Positions 53,259-63,239 are shown, counted from the stretch's first letter. The stretch: 64,000 bases of DNA from Nitrosopumilaceae archaeon (GCA_965200155.1 CBDATR010000024.1:192001-256000), one strand, 5' to 3'. A program made the numbers and translations. Notes: generated by a model not told the origin, from the letters alone.

Positions 53259-54308
53259 TCAATAGTACGAAAAGTAAGTCTGCTTAGGATCCGGCGTACA
53301 GTAGCTGACTATTTCATTGCACAAGCCATATGGTAAAGAGGATAACAGAGGAATCAAGAGAATCGCGAAGCGATTCAGCAAGACAAGAGGTGTTGCCGCA
53401 ACCAACATAGCTCAAGACCTGAAACAAGACACGTACGAAGATTGTGAACCAGAGGACGGGAATGACTCAAGATGGGCAGGCCTATGATACCAATCACCGC
53501 CACCCAGATACGAATGGTAACTGAAGCATACAGCAAGGATCCAGCCGGAGTAGTACGTATTGCAAAGAGACTGAGACATGATACATATCGCGCAGTATAT
53601 CGCATAATGAAAAAGAACGGTACGGCAGTCTCATCACCTGCAAAGTCAGAGTGGGTACGCTATGAGCATAAATATTCCAATGCAATGTGGCACTGGCATG
53701 TCATGAAAAGATGAGCGCTTCAGTGGGGACTGAATCTCATAGATGATGCATCTCATTATTGCGATATTATATTTAACGCGCATTTTACGCTTCAGGGGGG
53801 ACTGAATCTCATAGATGATGCATCCAGGTGTATAGTCGGGGCGGCACTATTCTAGCATACAACCTCAGAGAACGCCACTCTACTGAGATTGGCAATGAAA
53901 CGATTCGGCGCCCCTGCATCTCGTATAACGGCGCGTGTTTCATAGGACAATAAAAGGGCAAAAAGAACTGGAAACCAACACTATTCGAGGAAGAACTGCT
54001 GGATCAAGAATCATACTAATCAATTCCAGACCATACCACCCGCAGACAAATGGCAAACTGAAGCGCTTCCATGGAATGATTGAGGACGAGGGGACTCTTA
54101 TTTAAGAGTCCAATGAGATATGGCATTATGACAGTCTCCAGGATTATTTAGACTACTACAATGAGAGAAGATTGCACTTCTCACTGGATAGATAACGGCG
54201 AAACGCCGCTTCAGGAATAAAAAGGCGACCCAGACAATTAGGGCAAATGATGCAAAATGGATGGAGCGGGATGCCAATGACTAGCGGACCGACTTTTCAT
54301 ACATTACA
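53259..54308 (+). mobile_element. IS481-like element copy 5, carrying a 37-bp duplication with insert
   Basis: Same ends and decayed transposase. Confidence 0.88.
53716..53824. repeat. 37-bp direct repeat x2 (one mismatch) around a 35-bp unique insert (CRISPR-like unit)
   Basis: CGCTTCAG(T/G)GGGGACTGAATCTCATAGATGATGCATC at 53716-53752 and 53788-53824. Confidence 0.92.
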
Positions 54309-54724
54309 ATAATTTTAGACTGTTCCAGAAGTGGCGCATCTCTTCTTTCAAGAATCCTGATCAGCTTACCGTTCGCGCCTATAATCATGGCTAGGCTGTC
54401 CGGCAGTTTCTGGATGTGCCATCCGGCCGTTATTGGACAAATTAGTATTTATGCTTACGGTTATACTCTTTCTTTGTGCAAGCTAGACACTTCTTTGATG
54501 ATTCTATCTCTTCATCCTTCTTCTTGCGCGTAGCCTCTAACCCTGCATACTGAGCTTTTTGCATCTTGATGAGCGCATCGTTCTCCTTGGATGTTTCTCT
54601 TTATCTCATCCATAACTTTGGCATATTCCTCGCGTAGTATCTTGGCTACCGGGTCTTCCATCTGATTGCATTTACTTAATCAGGATGATGTTTAGTGAGT
54701 GTGTTGGGCGACCTAAACGGTTAC
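54309..54724 (-). mobile_element. Truncated IS66-like element with family B end and decayed coiled-coil ORF
   Basis: End GTAACCGTTTAGGTCGC; ATG at 54661 gives MEDPVAKILREEYAKVMDEIKR then frameshifts; cut by IS481 copy 5. Confidence 0.55.
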
Positions 54725-56761
54725 TCGTCCGCTCTGCTCAACGCTTGTAAGCTGTTCCTTCCGTTTCTTGAGAATTGCGAATACACCCAGAATGGATGCC
54801 ATCCATACTGCCGTCAGTAGCATATTGGATATGGATACATACATGAATGGTATTGCATCCACAAGATTGCCCCGTATTGTACCGGCGCGAGAGTGTATAT
54901 CTATCATAAGGGTCGAGTATGCCGCACTATTCTCAGGTATTGTGACAGCTGTATCCAGGTTTTCGGACATATGGATCAGATCCCCGCGAATCCGGCCAAA
55001 GTCAGTGGTTTCAGTAGGAAACAGCCATACAGGGTTTTTGTTGTCAGGCAGCTTTGTCAAGGTCACATCAAGGTCTACTTGTATTGAATCCAAATGGGCG
55101 CGCAAAACTACCGGATCTGATGTACTCATTATGCCCTCCAGGTGCCCTCGAACACGATCTACAGGATAAATGTCTTGATGGTAACCATAAAACGCAAAGA
55201 ATACCCCCACTACTATAATCGCAGCTATGCCGATCATGGCGGCCTTGTATGCTCTTTCTGCCATCCTCTCTTCCTTGGTTACCTTGCGAGGGGTGACAGA
55301 TTTATGTCTTTTAAATCTAGAATGCATCAGGCTCATAGACGCCACATAGAGATAACCCACCGTCTGTATTGCAATGATTGGTGCAAATACAGGCTGCAAA
55401 TAAAGAATGGAGATCAGTATACCCACCACGCCATAAATTGCAAAAAATAATTCTAAAAGAGTGACTTTGGTAAAGGGTAAGTTGTATGCATTACTCTTCC
55501 AATCATCTTTTGACTTTAGAACACCATACTTGGGCGTACGGTGAAACACGTTCTTTTTCCCCACCACAGCATCAAATACTGCAACAGTGTTGTTTACAGA
55601 CAATCCTGCACTATATATGAACAGATAGGGTAATGTCTTTGCCTTCTGTCGCCACGACTCATGATATATATTCTGTAAAATCATCATGTACGCCCCCGGA
55701 CCCATAAGTATGTAGGCACCAATGGTCAACGCAGGTATGAAACTAACAATATAGAGATTTACCCCCTGCGCTAGCAGTACAGGTAACGCAAGGAACTGTA
55801 TTAACATGAAAGGATACACTATGTGACGGGTAAGCTGTACAAATGCCTGAACCTTTGTGCCAAAACTAATACCGCGCTTGACTATGATATCTGACAATAG
55901 CTTTATGGCGCATTGAACTGAACCCTTTGCCCACCTAAACTGCTGTCGTTTGACCGCATTCATTTGAACCGGAAGCTCAGCATCAACGACCACATCAGGA
56001 AGAAATACACACCTCCAGCCCTTCATCTGAGCCCGGTAACTCAAATCTAGATCTTCAACCAGCGTGGCTGTATGCCAGCCTCCAGCGTTATCTATGCACT
56101 CCCGACGCCATATTCCCGCCGTCCCATTAAAGTTCATAAACAGATGAGAATCACTCTTTGCTTTCTGCTCTACCAGAAAATGAAAGTCTAATGATATGGC
56201 TTGAGCCTTGGTCATAGAGGAGTAGCCCTCATTTGCATGTCCCCAACGACATTGTACCAAACCTATCTCCGGGGAAGAGAAGTGTGGGATTGCCTGCTTC
56301 AGAAACCATTTTGGTGGCATAAAATCCGCGTCAAATATGGCCACAAACTCTGTATCAGTAGATTTCATAGCATGGCGCAAGGCTCCGGCTTTGTATCCAT
56401 GTCGGTTGTCTCGTCTCACATACTGTATCTGAAAGCCGCGCTTTTGATATTGTCTGGCAGTATCCTGTAAAAGCAGAGATGTCTCGTCATCTGAGTCATC
56501 CAGTATCATGATCTTCAACTTGTCCTTAGGATAGTCCATGGAACACACCGAATCAACCAATCGCTTAGCCACATACTTTTCATTGTATATTGGAAGTTGT
56601 ATTGTGATGGTAGGCGTTCCCAAGTCCGCGACCGGGTGCATCTCCCTACGAGTCAGCGCTACATACACCAAGTAGTAGAAGTTGCATGTATACGCAGTGA
56701 TCACTATTGCAGAAAGTATGAACATATCTAAAACAAATTGGTAGAATATGTTTGGCGCCAT
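54713..56761 (-). CDS. Cellulose-synthase-like GT2 glycosyltransferase
   Basis: IQLPIYNE, GYKAGAL, FDADF, VEDLD, QQFRWAKG, multiple TMs. Confidence 0.93.
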   Translation of the reverse strand: MAPNIFYQFVLDMFILSAIVITAYTCNFYYLVYVALTRREMHPVADLGTPTITIQLPIYNEKYVAKRLVDSVCSMDYPKDKLKIMILDDSDDETSLLLQDTARQYQKRGFQIQYVRRDNRHGYKAGALRHAMKSTDTEFVAIFDADFMPPKWFLKQAIPHFSSPEIGLVQCRWGHANEGYSSMTKAQAISLDFHFLVEQKAKSDSHLFMNFNGTAGIWRRECIDNAGGWHTATLVEDLDLSYRAQMKGWRCVFLPDVVVDAELPVQMNAVKRQQFRWAKGSVQCAIKLLSDIIVKRGISFGTKVQAFVQLTRHIVYPFMLIQFLALPVLLAQGVNLYIVSFIPALTIGAYILMGPGAYMMILQNIYHESWRQKAKTLPYLFIYSAGLSVNNTVAVFDAVVGKKNVFHRTPKYGVLKSKDDWKSNAYNLPFTKVTLLELFFAIYGVVGILISILYLQPVFAPIIAIQTVGYLYVASMSLMHSRFKRHKSVTPRKVTKEERMAERAYKAAMIGIAAIIVVGVFFAFYGYHQDIYPVDRVRGHLEGIMSTSDPVVLRAHLDSIQVDLDVTLTKLPDNKNPVWLFPTETTDFGRIRGDLIHMSENLDTAVTIPENSAAYSTLMIDIHSRAGTIRGNLVDAIPFMYVSISNMLLTAVWMASILGVFAILKKRKEQLTSVEQSGRVTV

Positions 56762-56789
56762 ATGGCCCTATGATGTCTAGACGTATATT

Positions 56790-57746
56790 TTAGGCCTTTT
56801 GCTCAAATATCTTGATGGCCTGGGGCGGACACACACCTTCGCAGGCTAGGCAGAATATGCAGTCAGGCTCCTTGGACATGAGCGGCTTCTTCTCTGAGGC
56901 AGAGTTACCAGGCGTGTCAAACCATTCATAAACAGAAACAGGGCATGCATCAATACAGGCACCGTCAGCTACACATATGTCAAAGTCTACCGAGACATAT
57001 TCGCCCCATACGCCCATGACAGCATTATCCTCTCCTCGCCGACCCCAAGTTTTAATAGTGTGATCTGGTGCCTTGTATGGCTTGGATGAAGGCATCTTTG
57101 ACTTGTAATCTACGTCTATTGGCCCCGGCTTTGCTCCATCAGGTACCTCCACTTCCTCTTCTACCAGTGCGGCAGTTTGACCAGGAGTGACGGCTAGTTT
57201 TGGTTTAGGTTTAGCATTAGGTACTATCTTGGCCAACGGGGTCAACTCTTCAAGTCTGGCAATCGCTTGAACATAGTCCAGTTTTTCCATCTTTTTGAGT
57301 GCCTCCACCATCTTGTCTGCCAGTATGGTGTTACGAAGTATTGTATCAATCATCATCTTTGCAAAATGATCTGCCTTCTTCCTGTAATCACGAACCCATT
57401 GGGGATCACCAAATTTTTCTATAGGAAATATCTGATATATTATGTCAACTACCTCGCCAGTTACAATCTCTATAGTTACAGAGAGGTCTACTGTCTCAAA
57501 ACCGGGCGCATCTTCATCCCCCCCGCTTCGTTCAGTCCATCCATATGTGGCATAGACACGATCCGCGTACGCATCCATAGTGAAAGTCTTCTTCATGCCA
57601 TCGTGTACAGACTGAATCTCTTTTGGATCTTCGAGTTTAATGGGCAAACGATATAGTCCAAGCTTGAACCCGTGTAATGGATAGACACCACGCTTAGCAG
57701 TGGGCGCCTCCATAGACCAAACCCTATCCTTAAGAAGCAATGACAT
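56790..57746 (-). CDS. Protein with C-terminal 2x[4Fe-4S] ferredoxin domain
   Basis: CVADGACIDACP and CIFCLACEGVCP. Confidence 0.88.
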   Translation of the reverse strand: MSLLLKDRVWSMEAPTAKRGVYPLHGFKLGLYRLPIKLEDPKEIQSVHDGMKKTFTMDAYADRVYATYGWTERSGGDEDAPGFETVDLSVTIEIVTGEVVDIIYQIFPIEKFGDPQWVRDYRKKADHFAKMMIDTILRNTILADKMVEALKKMEKLDYVQAIARLEELTPLAKIVPNAKPKPKLAVTPGQTAALVEEEVEVPDGAKPGPIDVDYKSKMPSSKPYKAPDHTIKTWGRRGEDNAVMGVWGEYVSVDFDICVADGACIDACPVSVYEWFDTPGNSASEKKPLMSKEPDCIFCLACEGVCPPQAIKIFEQKA

Positions 57747-57795
57747 GTATTATTATTAGAGACCATGGTTTTAAAAATGTTATTAGAGTTTACAG

Positions 57796-57887
57796 GTATG
57801 AGTTCACGTCTTCCGGAATCTTGTGCACAAATCACATTAACTGTCGCGATCAGTTATGCGTAAATTTAGACACAGGTGAACTCACAC
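57796..57887. mobile_element. MITE family A, 92 bp
   Basis: TIR with one mismatch; TSD GTTTACAG. Confidence 0.95.
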
Positions 57888-58046
57888 GTTTACAGTGCTA
57901 CCGGATCAAGAAATCCAGCGTGCGCAGGCAATGACACCACACAATAATTACATTAGTTGATAAACTAAATTTGAAAAGCCACAATATAATAAAAAATGAT
58001 AACAAACATGTTTTGCGTTGAACATTATGCAAATAGGTCTGCAAAG

Positions 58047-59741
58047 GTATGAGTTCACGTGTTTTGATCACATAATAATATAGAATACATCCCAGTTTTT
58101 TTAATTATAACTGCATTCTGGCAGCAACCTCGTTCATTACAGAAAGGCCCTGAGCCCTCCATGTCTGAACACATGATACGAATGTGGACATGCGGCGCAT
58201 TGCCCTTTCGCCACCCTTTATCTGGCCACTAATCTTGCGGAATACCACTGCGTATCGCAAAGCCTGCTCCGCTGGATTGTTGGTGGGCTCTACACTGTCA
58301 TATTCTAAGAATACGAACATGCCGGGTATGGCCTTATTCAATCCTTTTACCTTCTTTTGTAGTTCAGTATCATCAACATCACAGTATTGATGCAGAATGG
58401 ATTCTGCTCCTGTCTCAAATGAGTGTCGTAATTGCGCGGACGGCCCGCAGTGATTCAGGGATTCCCGTGCGCTCCGGAACAATCCTTTCAGGTCGTTGTC
58501 AAGTTTGATCCGGGCGTCCTGAGCACCGGGATCGATATAGAATCCTGCATGTAATGCCTGGGTATCGCGCAATAAATGCGCCCAACACAACTGGTGCTTC
58601 CCACCGTCATCAAACCGGCGGTACACAACGTACCTGTCCGTTACTATCGCTCCCTGGTAACCGTTCAGGTATTTGTTCACTACATTTGAACTCCTACTTT
58701 TGTCATATATGGACATCATCCACTCTTCGGCTCGCATCCCCCATACCCAGCCACGCCTACCCGCCAGTGATATACCAGTTTCGTCCACATGAATGCTGGG
58801 TGATTTTATTATATTCTCATGAATTGTTTCCATAAATGATTCACATGCATCGGCGGCCCTGGCAATTATGTTGTTTACTGCACCCACCGATATATTTAGG
58901 CCGAAGAGATCCCTCGAAATTACAGGTATGCGTTTTATTGGAATCTTTTCCGCACGCAATGCAGTGATGGCACCGCATAATTGAACCCCAAAACTACCAC
59001 TCTTTGGGACGCCCGCTGCTGGGGCCAGTTGTTTTTTGCCGCACCCACACGCAGCCATTTCTATCACATGAAGGGTCTCCTCTATTTTGGCTGGTATTAA
59101 TTCCGTTATGTGTCGTTGTTTCCAACCAATTTTTGTCATTATATTGCCGCACTCACATATTGGTGTGTACTCAAAGGTGTGATGCACTACTCTGCCGGGG
59201 TTGTGGGAACGGGAAACCCCCTTGTGTCCCTTTTGAGCGCCAGCCTTTTTGGCTGATTTAGTACTGGCTTCTTTCTGTTGCTTATTATCTCCCTGTTTTC
59301 GCTTCTGCTCCTCCTGTTTTCGCTTCTTGTACTGGAGGGATTGAAGGGATGGTGGCGAGTGAGCATTCTCATAATATTTAAGTCGCGTTGTGATTACCGC
59401 AATTTTCCTGTCTTTTTCTACTAATTCCTCTTTCAATTCACTTACATAATTCCTAATAATTTGGAAATCTTGTGTGAGATTTCGTATTTCTTTTATGGTG
59501 TGTGACATATATGCTTCCAATACTCTCACACGTTCCTTGTAATGTGCAAGATCTTTCTTGTAATCCTCAATATCTTTCTTGATAGACGCAAGGGTATCCT
59601 GAAGAAGTTTATTTTCCAGTTCCAATTCCTTATAGGACCGGCGTCTTCTCATTAGATTCTTATTGCAAATTTGGTATTTAAGTAAAATATTGTCATACCA
59701 ATCTATATCTTAGTGAATGATCAAAACACGTGAACTCATAC
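58047..59741 (-). mobile_element. Intact IS66-family element, single-ORF type, 1695 bp
   Basis: Perfect 24-bp TIR GTATGAGTTCACGTGTTTTGATCA; 8-bp TSD CTGCAAAG. Confidence 0.95.
58105..59652 (-). CDS. IS66-family DDE transposase
   Basis: Coiled coil, N.HSPPS, GAQKGHKG, Zn finger, HVDETG, QLCWAHLLRD, PTNN.AE.ALR..V..RK. Confidence 0.95.
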   Translation of the reverse strand: MRRRRSYKELELENKLLQDTLASIKKDIEDYKKDLAHYKERVRVLEAYMSHTIKEIRNLTQDFQIIRNYVSELKEELVEKDRKIAVITTRLKYYENAHSPPSLQSLQYKKRKQEEQKRKQGDNKQQKEASTKSAKKAGAQKGHKGVSRSHNPGRVVHHTFEYTPICECGNIMTKIGWKQRHITELIPAKIEETLHVIEMAACGCGKKQLAPAAGVPKSGSFGVQLCGAITALRAEKIPIKRIPVISRDLFGLNISVGAVNNIIARAADACESFMETIHENIIKSPSIHVDETGISLAGRRGWVWGMRAEEWMMSIYDKSRSSNVVNKYLNGYQGAIVTDRYVVYRRFDDGGKHQLCWAHLLRDTQALHAGFYIDPGAQDARIKLDNDLKGLFRSARESLNHCGPSAQLRHSFETGAESILHQYCDVDDTELQKKVKGLNKAIPGMFVFLEYDSVEPTNNPAEQALRYAVVFRKISGQIKGGERAMRRMSTFVSCVQTWRAQGLSVMNEVAARMQL

Positions 59742-60166
59742 CTGCAAAGTAACTAAGTTCAAAATGATCATGCACAAAATTCATTGCTATCATGTATTCC
59801 CTGACCTTTATGCATAATCTCCATTATCATATCCATAACTAAATTATTTTATTATAATAATTTCCCAAATTTTTGTATCGAATAATCCACTGTAGTACAA
59901 ATGACATATGCAAATACATGCATAGATAAACTCACAAATTCAAACATAAACAAATGCATATTAATTTAAAATTGTAGGAAAATTAGCATTTCTACATATT
60001 TTATTGTACACTAAAAATTTAACATGTAAACAAATCTAAATTTGTACACATAGAATTAATTTCGTGTAAACATATACGCAATTGTGTTCTACAAATTTAG
60101 AATTTAAACATGCATAGAGTACGCATTCAACTAGAATTAAATATACCAGCCAATACCACAAAAAAT

Positions 60167-60424
60167 ATGGAAATACACGTATACGACACGTATGTACGAG
60201 CAGCCGATGGCCACACAATGCATTTTGATGTTATTACTGGAGAGAAGGATCACGACAAAGCCATAGAATTTGGCAAAGAGTGGTTGGTATCAATAGGAGA
60301 AGGCGATGCAGTTATCACTACCAAAGAATGCCAATTCTGCCACTCTCAGGGTGCGCCAAAAGAGGTAGAAGAATCTATACGGGAACACGGATACTACATA
60401 CAGAAGATGCAAGGTTGCCCTTAG
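60167..60424 (+). CDS. DUF2024-like small protein
   Basis: MEIHVYDTYV...HFDV...ECQFCHSQ; likely start 60167. Confidence 0.82.
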   Translation: MEIHVYDTYVRAADGHTMHFDVITGEKDHDKAIEFGKEWLVSIGEGDAVITTKECQFCHSQGAPKEVEESIREHGYYIQKMQGCP

Positions 60425-60490
60425 TTGTAATTTTATGTTTTTTATGTAAACGATTTACATATCAATGATCAACTGTTTGGTAGCGCGATT

Positions 60491-60582
60491 GTATGAGTTC
60501 ACGTCTTCCGGAATCTTGTGCACAAATCACATTAACTGTCGCGATCAGTTGTGCGTAAATTTAGACACAGGTGAACTCATAC
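60491..60582. mobile_element. MITE family A, 92 bp
   Basis: 12-bp TIR; TSD GCGCGATT. Confidence 0.96.
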
Positions 60583-60877
60583 GCGCGATTCACCATCAAT
60601 TCTCAAATAGCCTGTGTATATTGTTCAATACATGTAGATGGTCTGGACCCCATAGAATTGAGAATAGATCTCAATGCACATTTTTTAGATTCAAGAGAGC
60701 ATGGTTGACAAAAAGCACCAATGAAGTCTGGAAGAGAAGGTCCGGATTATTTTAGGGACATTAGACTCGGCAGCAGTCACCGCAGAGATCTGCAGGCGAC
60801 ATTACATATCGCCCCTCACACTATACATGTGGAGGTAAAGATTCCCAAAGGCCGGTTCTGAGGGATTGTACAGAAAC

Positions 60878-61841
60878 TCAATAGTACGAAAAGTAAGTCC
60901 GCTCAGGATCCGGCGTACAGTAGCTGACTATTTCATTGCACAAGCCATATGGTAAAGAGAATAACAGAGGAATCAAGACAAAAGAGGCGTTGCCACAACC
61001 AACATAGCTCAAGACCTGAAACAAGACACGTACGAAGATTGTGAACCAGAGAACGGGAACGACTCGAGTAAAGATGGGCAGGCCCATGATACCAATCACC
61101 GCCACCCAGATACGAATGGTAACTGAAACATACGGCAAGGATCCCGCCGGAGTAGTACGTATTGCAAAGAGGCTTTAGACAGAATTACAATATATCGCGC
61201 AGTATATCGCATAATGAAAAAGAACGGTACGGCAGGATCATCACCTGCAAAGTCAGAGTGGGTACGCTATGAGCGTAAATATTCCAATGCAATGTGGCAC
61301 TGGCATGTAATGAAAGATGAGCGCTTCAGGGGACTGAATCTCATAGATGATGCATCCAGGTGCATCGTCGGGGCGGCACTATTCTAGCATACAACCTCAG
61401 AGAACGCCACTCTACTGAGATTGGCAATGAAACGATTCGGCGACCCTGCATCTTGGATAACGGCGCGTGTTTCGTAGGACAATAAAAGGGAAAAAAGAAC
61501 TGGAAACCCACTATTCTAGGAAGAACTGCTGGATCAAGACATCATACTAATCAATTCCAGACCACATCACCCGCAGACAAATGGCAAACTGGAGCGCTTC
61601 CATGGAATGATTGAGGACGAGGGGACTCTTATTTAAGAGTCCAATGAGATATGACATCATGACAGTCTCCGGGATTATGTTGACTACTACAATGAGAGAA
61701 GGTTGCACTTCTCACTGGATATAGATGACGGCGAAACACCACTCCAGGAATAAAAAGGCGACCTAGACAATTAGTGCAAATGATGCAAAATGGATGGAGC
61801 GGGATGCCAATGACTAGCGGACCGACTTTTCATACATTACA
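60878..61841 (+). mobile_element. IS481-like element copy 6
   Basis: Same ends and decayed transposase. Confidence 0.88.
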
Positions 61842-61894
61842 TACAACGCCACAATGAGTAAAGACTTATAAAGTAATGGTACGGTATTTGACCT

Positions 61895-62890
61895 ATGGAA
61901 AATATACGACTTGACAGCCTAGAAGGTGTCGGACCAGTAACTACAAGAAAACTGTCCGATGCCGGTGTCCACAACATAATGGACCTCATAGTACGTGGAC
62001 CGGTAGAAATTGCAGACATAGCAGGTATGGAAAAAGATACCGCCGAGAAGATCGTGAACAAGGCTCGCCAGCACTTATCAGAGGGCGGCATGCTTGCCAA
62101 AGAATTCGTCAGTGCAGCAGACATCTATAAGCGGCGCCAAGAGATAGGCCGCATAAGTACAGGTACTGAGTGCTTGAATAAACTCTTTGAGGGAGGTATT
62201 GAAACGCAGGCACTTACAGAAGTATACGGTGAATTTGGATGTGGCAAAACACAATTTTGTCACACACTATGCGTCATGGTACAAAAGTCCATAGAGGAAG
62301 GTGGTCTTGAAGGAGGAGTTTTGTACATAGACTCTGAGAACACATTTCGTCCAGAAAGGATAGTCTCCATAGCTCAGGCAAACGGTATGGATCCCCAAAG
62401 GGTCTTGGATAACATCACGGTAGCCCGAGCATATAACAGCTCTCACCAAGTACTCATATTGGAAGAGGCCGGTACGGTAATTCAGGAAAGTAACGTAAAG
62501 TTGCTTGTTGCAGACTCTGCTGTCGGCCTATTTCGATCAGAGTACCTAGGTCGCGGGACACTATCCGAGAGACAGCAAAAACTAAACCACTTTGTACACC
62601 TGTTATCACGTATTGCCGAGACATACAACTGCGCCGCAGTTGCGACAAATCAGGTCATGTCCTCACCGGACGTATTCTTTGGAGATCCAACAAAGCCCAT
62701 AGGCGGCAATGTTGTAGCACACACATCCACTTATCGTGTGTACTTTAAAAAATCAGGCAAGAAAAGAATAGCACGTATGGTAGACAGTCCACACCATCCA
62801 GAAGAAGAAGTTATCTTCGCCATAAGTGAGGCGGGAGTAGTAGATCCCGAGGAACCAAAGAGGACTAAAAAATCCAAAGATGCAGCATAG
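61895..62890 (+). CDS. radA: DNA repair and recombination protein RadA
   Basis: N-terminal HhH, TEVYGEFGCGKTQ, FRPERI, YLGRG.L.ERQQ, PIGGN. Confidence 0.97.
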   Translation: MENIRLDSLEGVGPVTTRKLSDAGVHNIMDLIVRGPVEIADIAGMEKDTAEKIVNKARQHLSEGGMLAKEFVSAADIYKRRQEIGRISTGTECLNKLFEGGIETQALTEVYGEFGCGKTQFCHTLCVMVQKSIEEGGLEGGVLYIDSENTFRPERIVSIAQANGMDPQRVLDNITVARAYNSSHQVLILEEAGTVIQESNVKLLVADSAVGLFRSEYLGRGTLSERQQKLNHFVHLLSRIAETYNCAAVATNQVMSSPDVFFGDPTKPIGGNVVAHTSTYRVYFKKSGKKRIARMVDSPHHPEEEVIFAISEAGVVDPEEPKRTKKSKDAA

Positions 62891-62947
62891 AATACTTCGT
62901 ACTTGTTTTTACATTGAGCATGTTGCAGTTTATTAGGTACAATTTTC

Positions 62948-63039
62948 GTATGAGTTCACCTGTGTCTAAATTTACGCATAACTGATCGCGACAGTTAATG
63001 TGATTTGTGCATAAGATTCCGGAAGACGTGAACTCATAC
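62948..63039. mobile_element. MITE family A, 92 bp
   Basis: 12-bp TIR; TSD CAATTTTC. Confidence 0.96.
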
Positions 63040-63147
63040 CAATTTTCAATGATAGTGCACAGTAACCGGTATCTAAAATCATGCCAATTGTCACAATCAG
63101 TCATGTGTGGATTTAGGCACAAACGAATGCGTATAACGTCTGTAGTT

Positions 63148-63239
63148 GTATGAGTTCACGTCTTCCGGAATCTTATGCACAAATCACATTAACTGTCGCG
63201 ATCAGTTATGCGTAAATTTAGACACAGGTGAACTCATAC
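63148..63239. mobile_element. MITE family A, 92 bp
   Basis: 12-bp TIR; TSD CTGTAGTT. Confidence 0.96.

Noticed and set aside
60465-60755. Short ORFs sharing YEFTSSGILCTNHINCRDQLCVNLDTGEL (also 57740, 62865, 63146)
   Set aside because: Read-through of MITE A, not a protein family.
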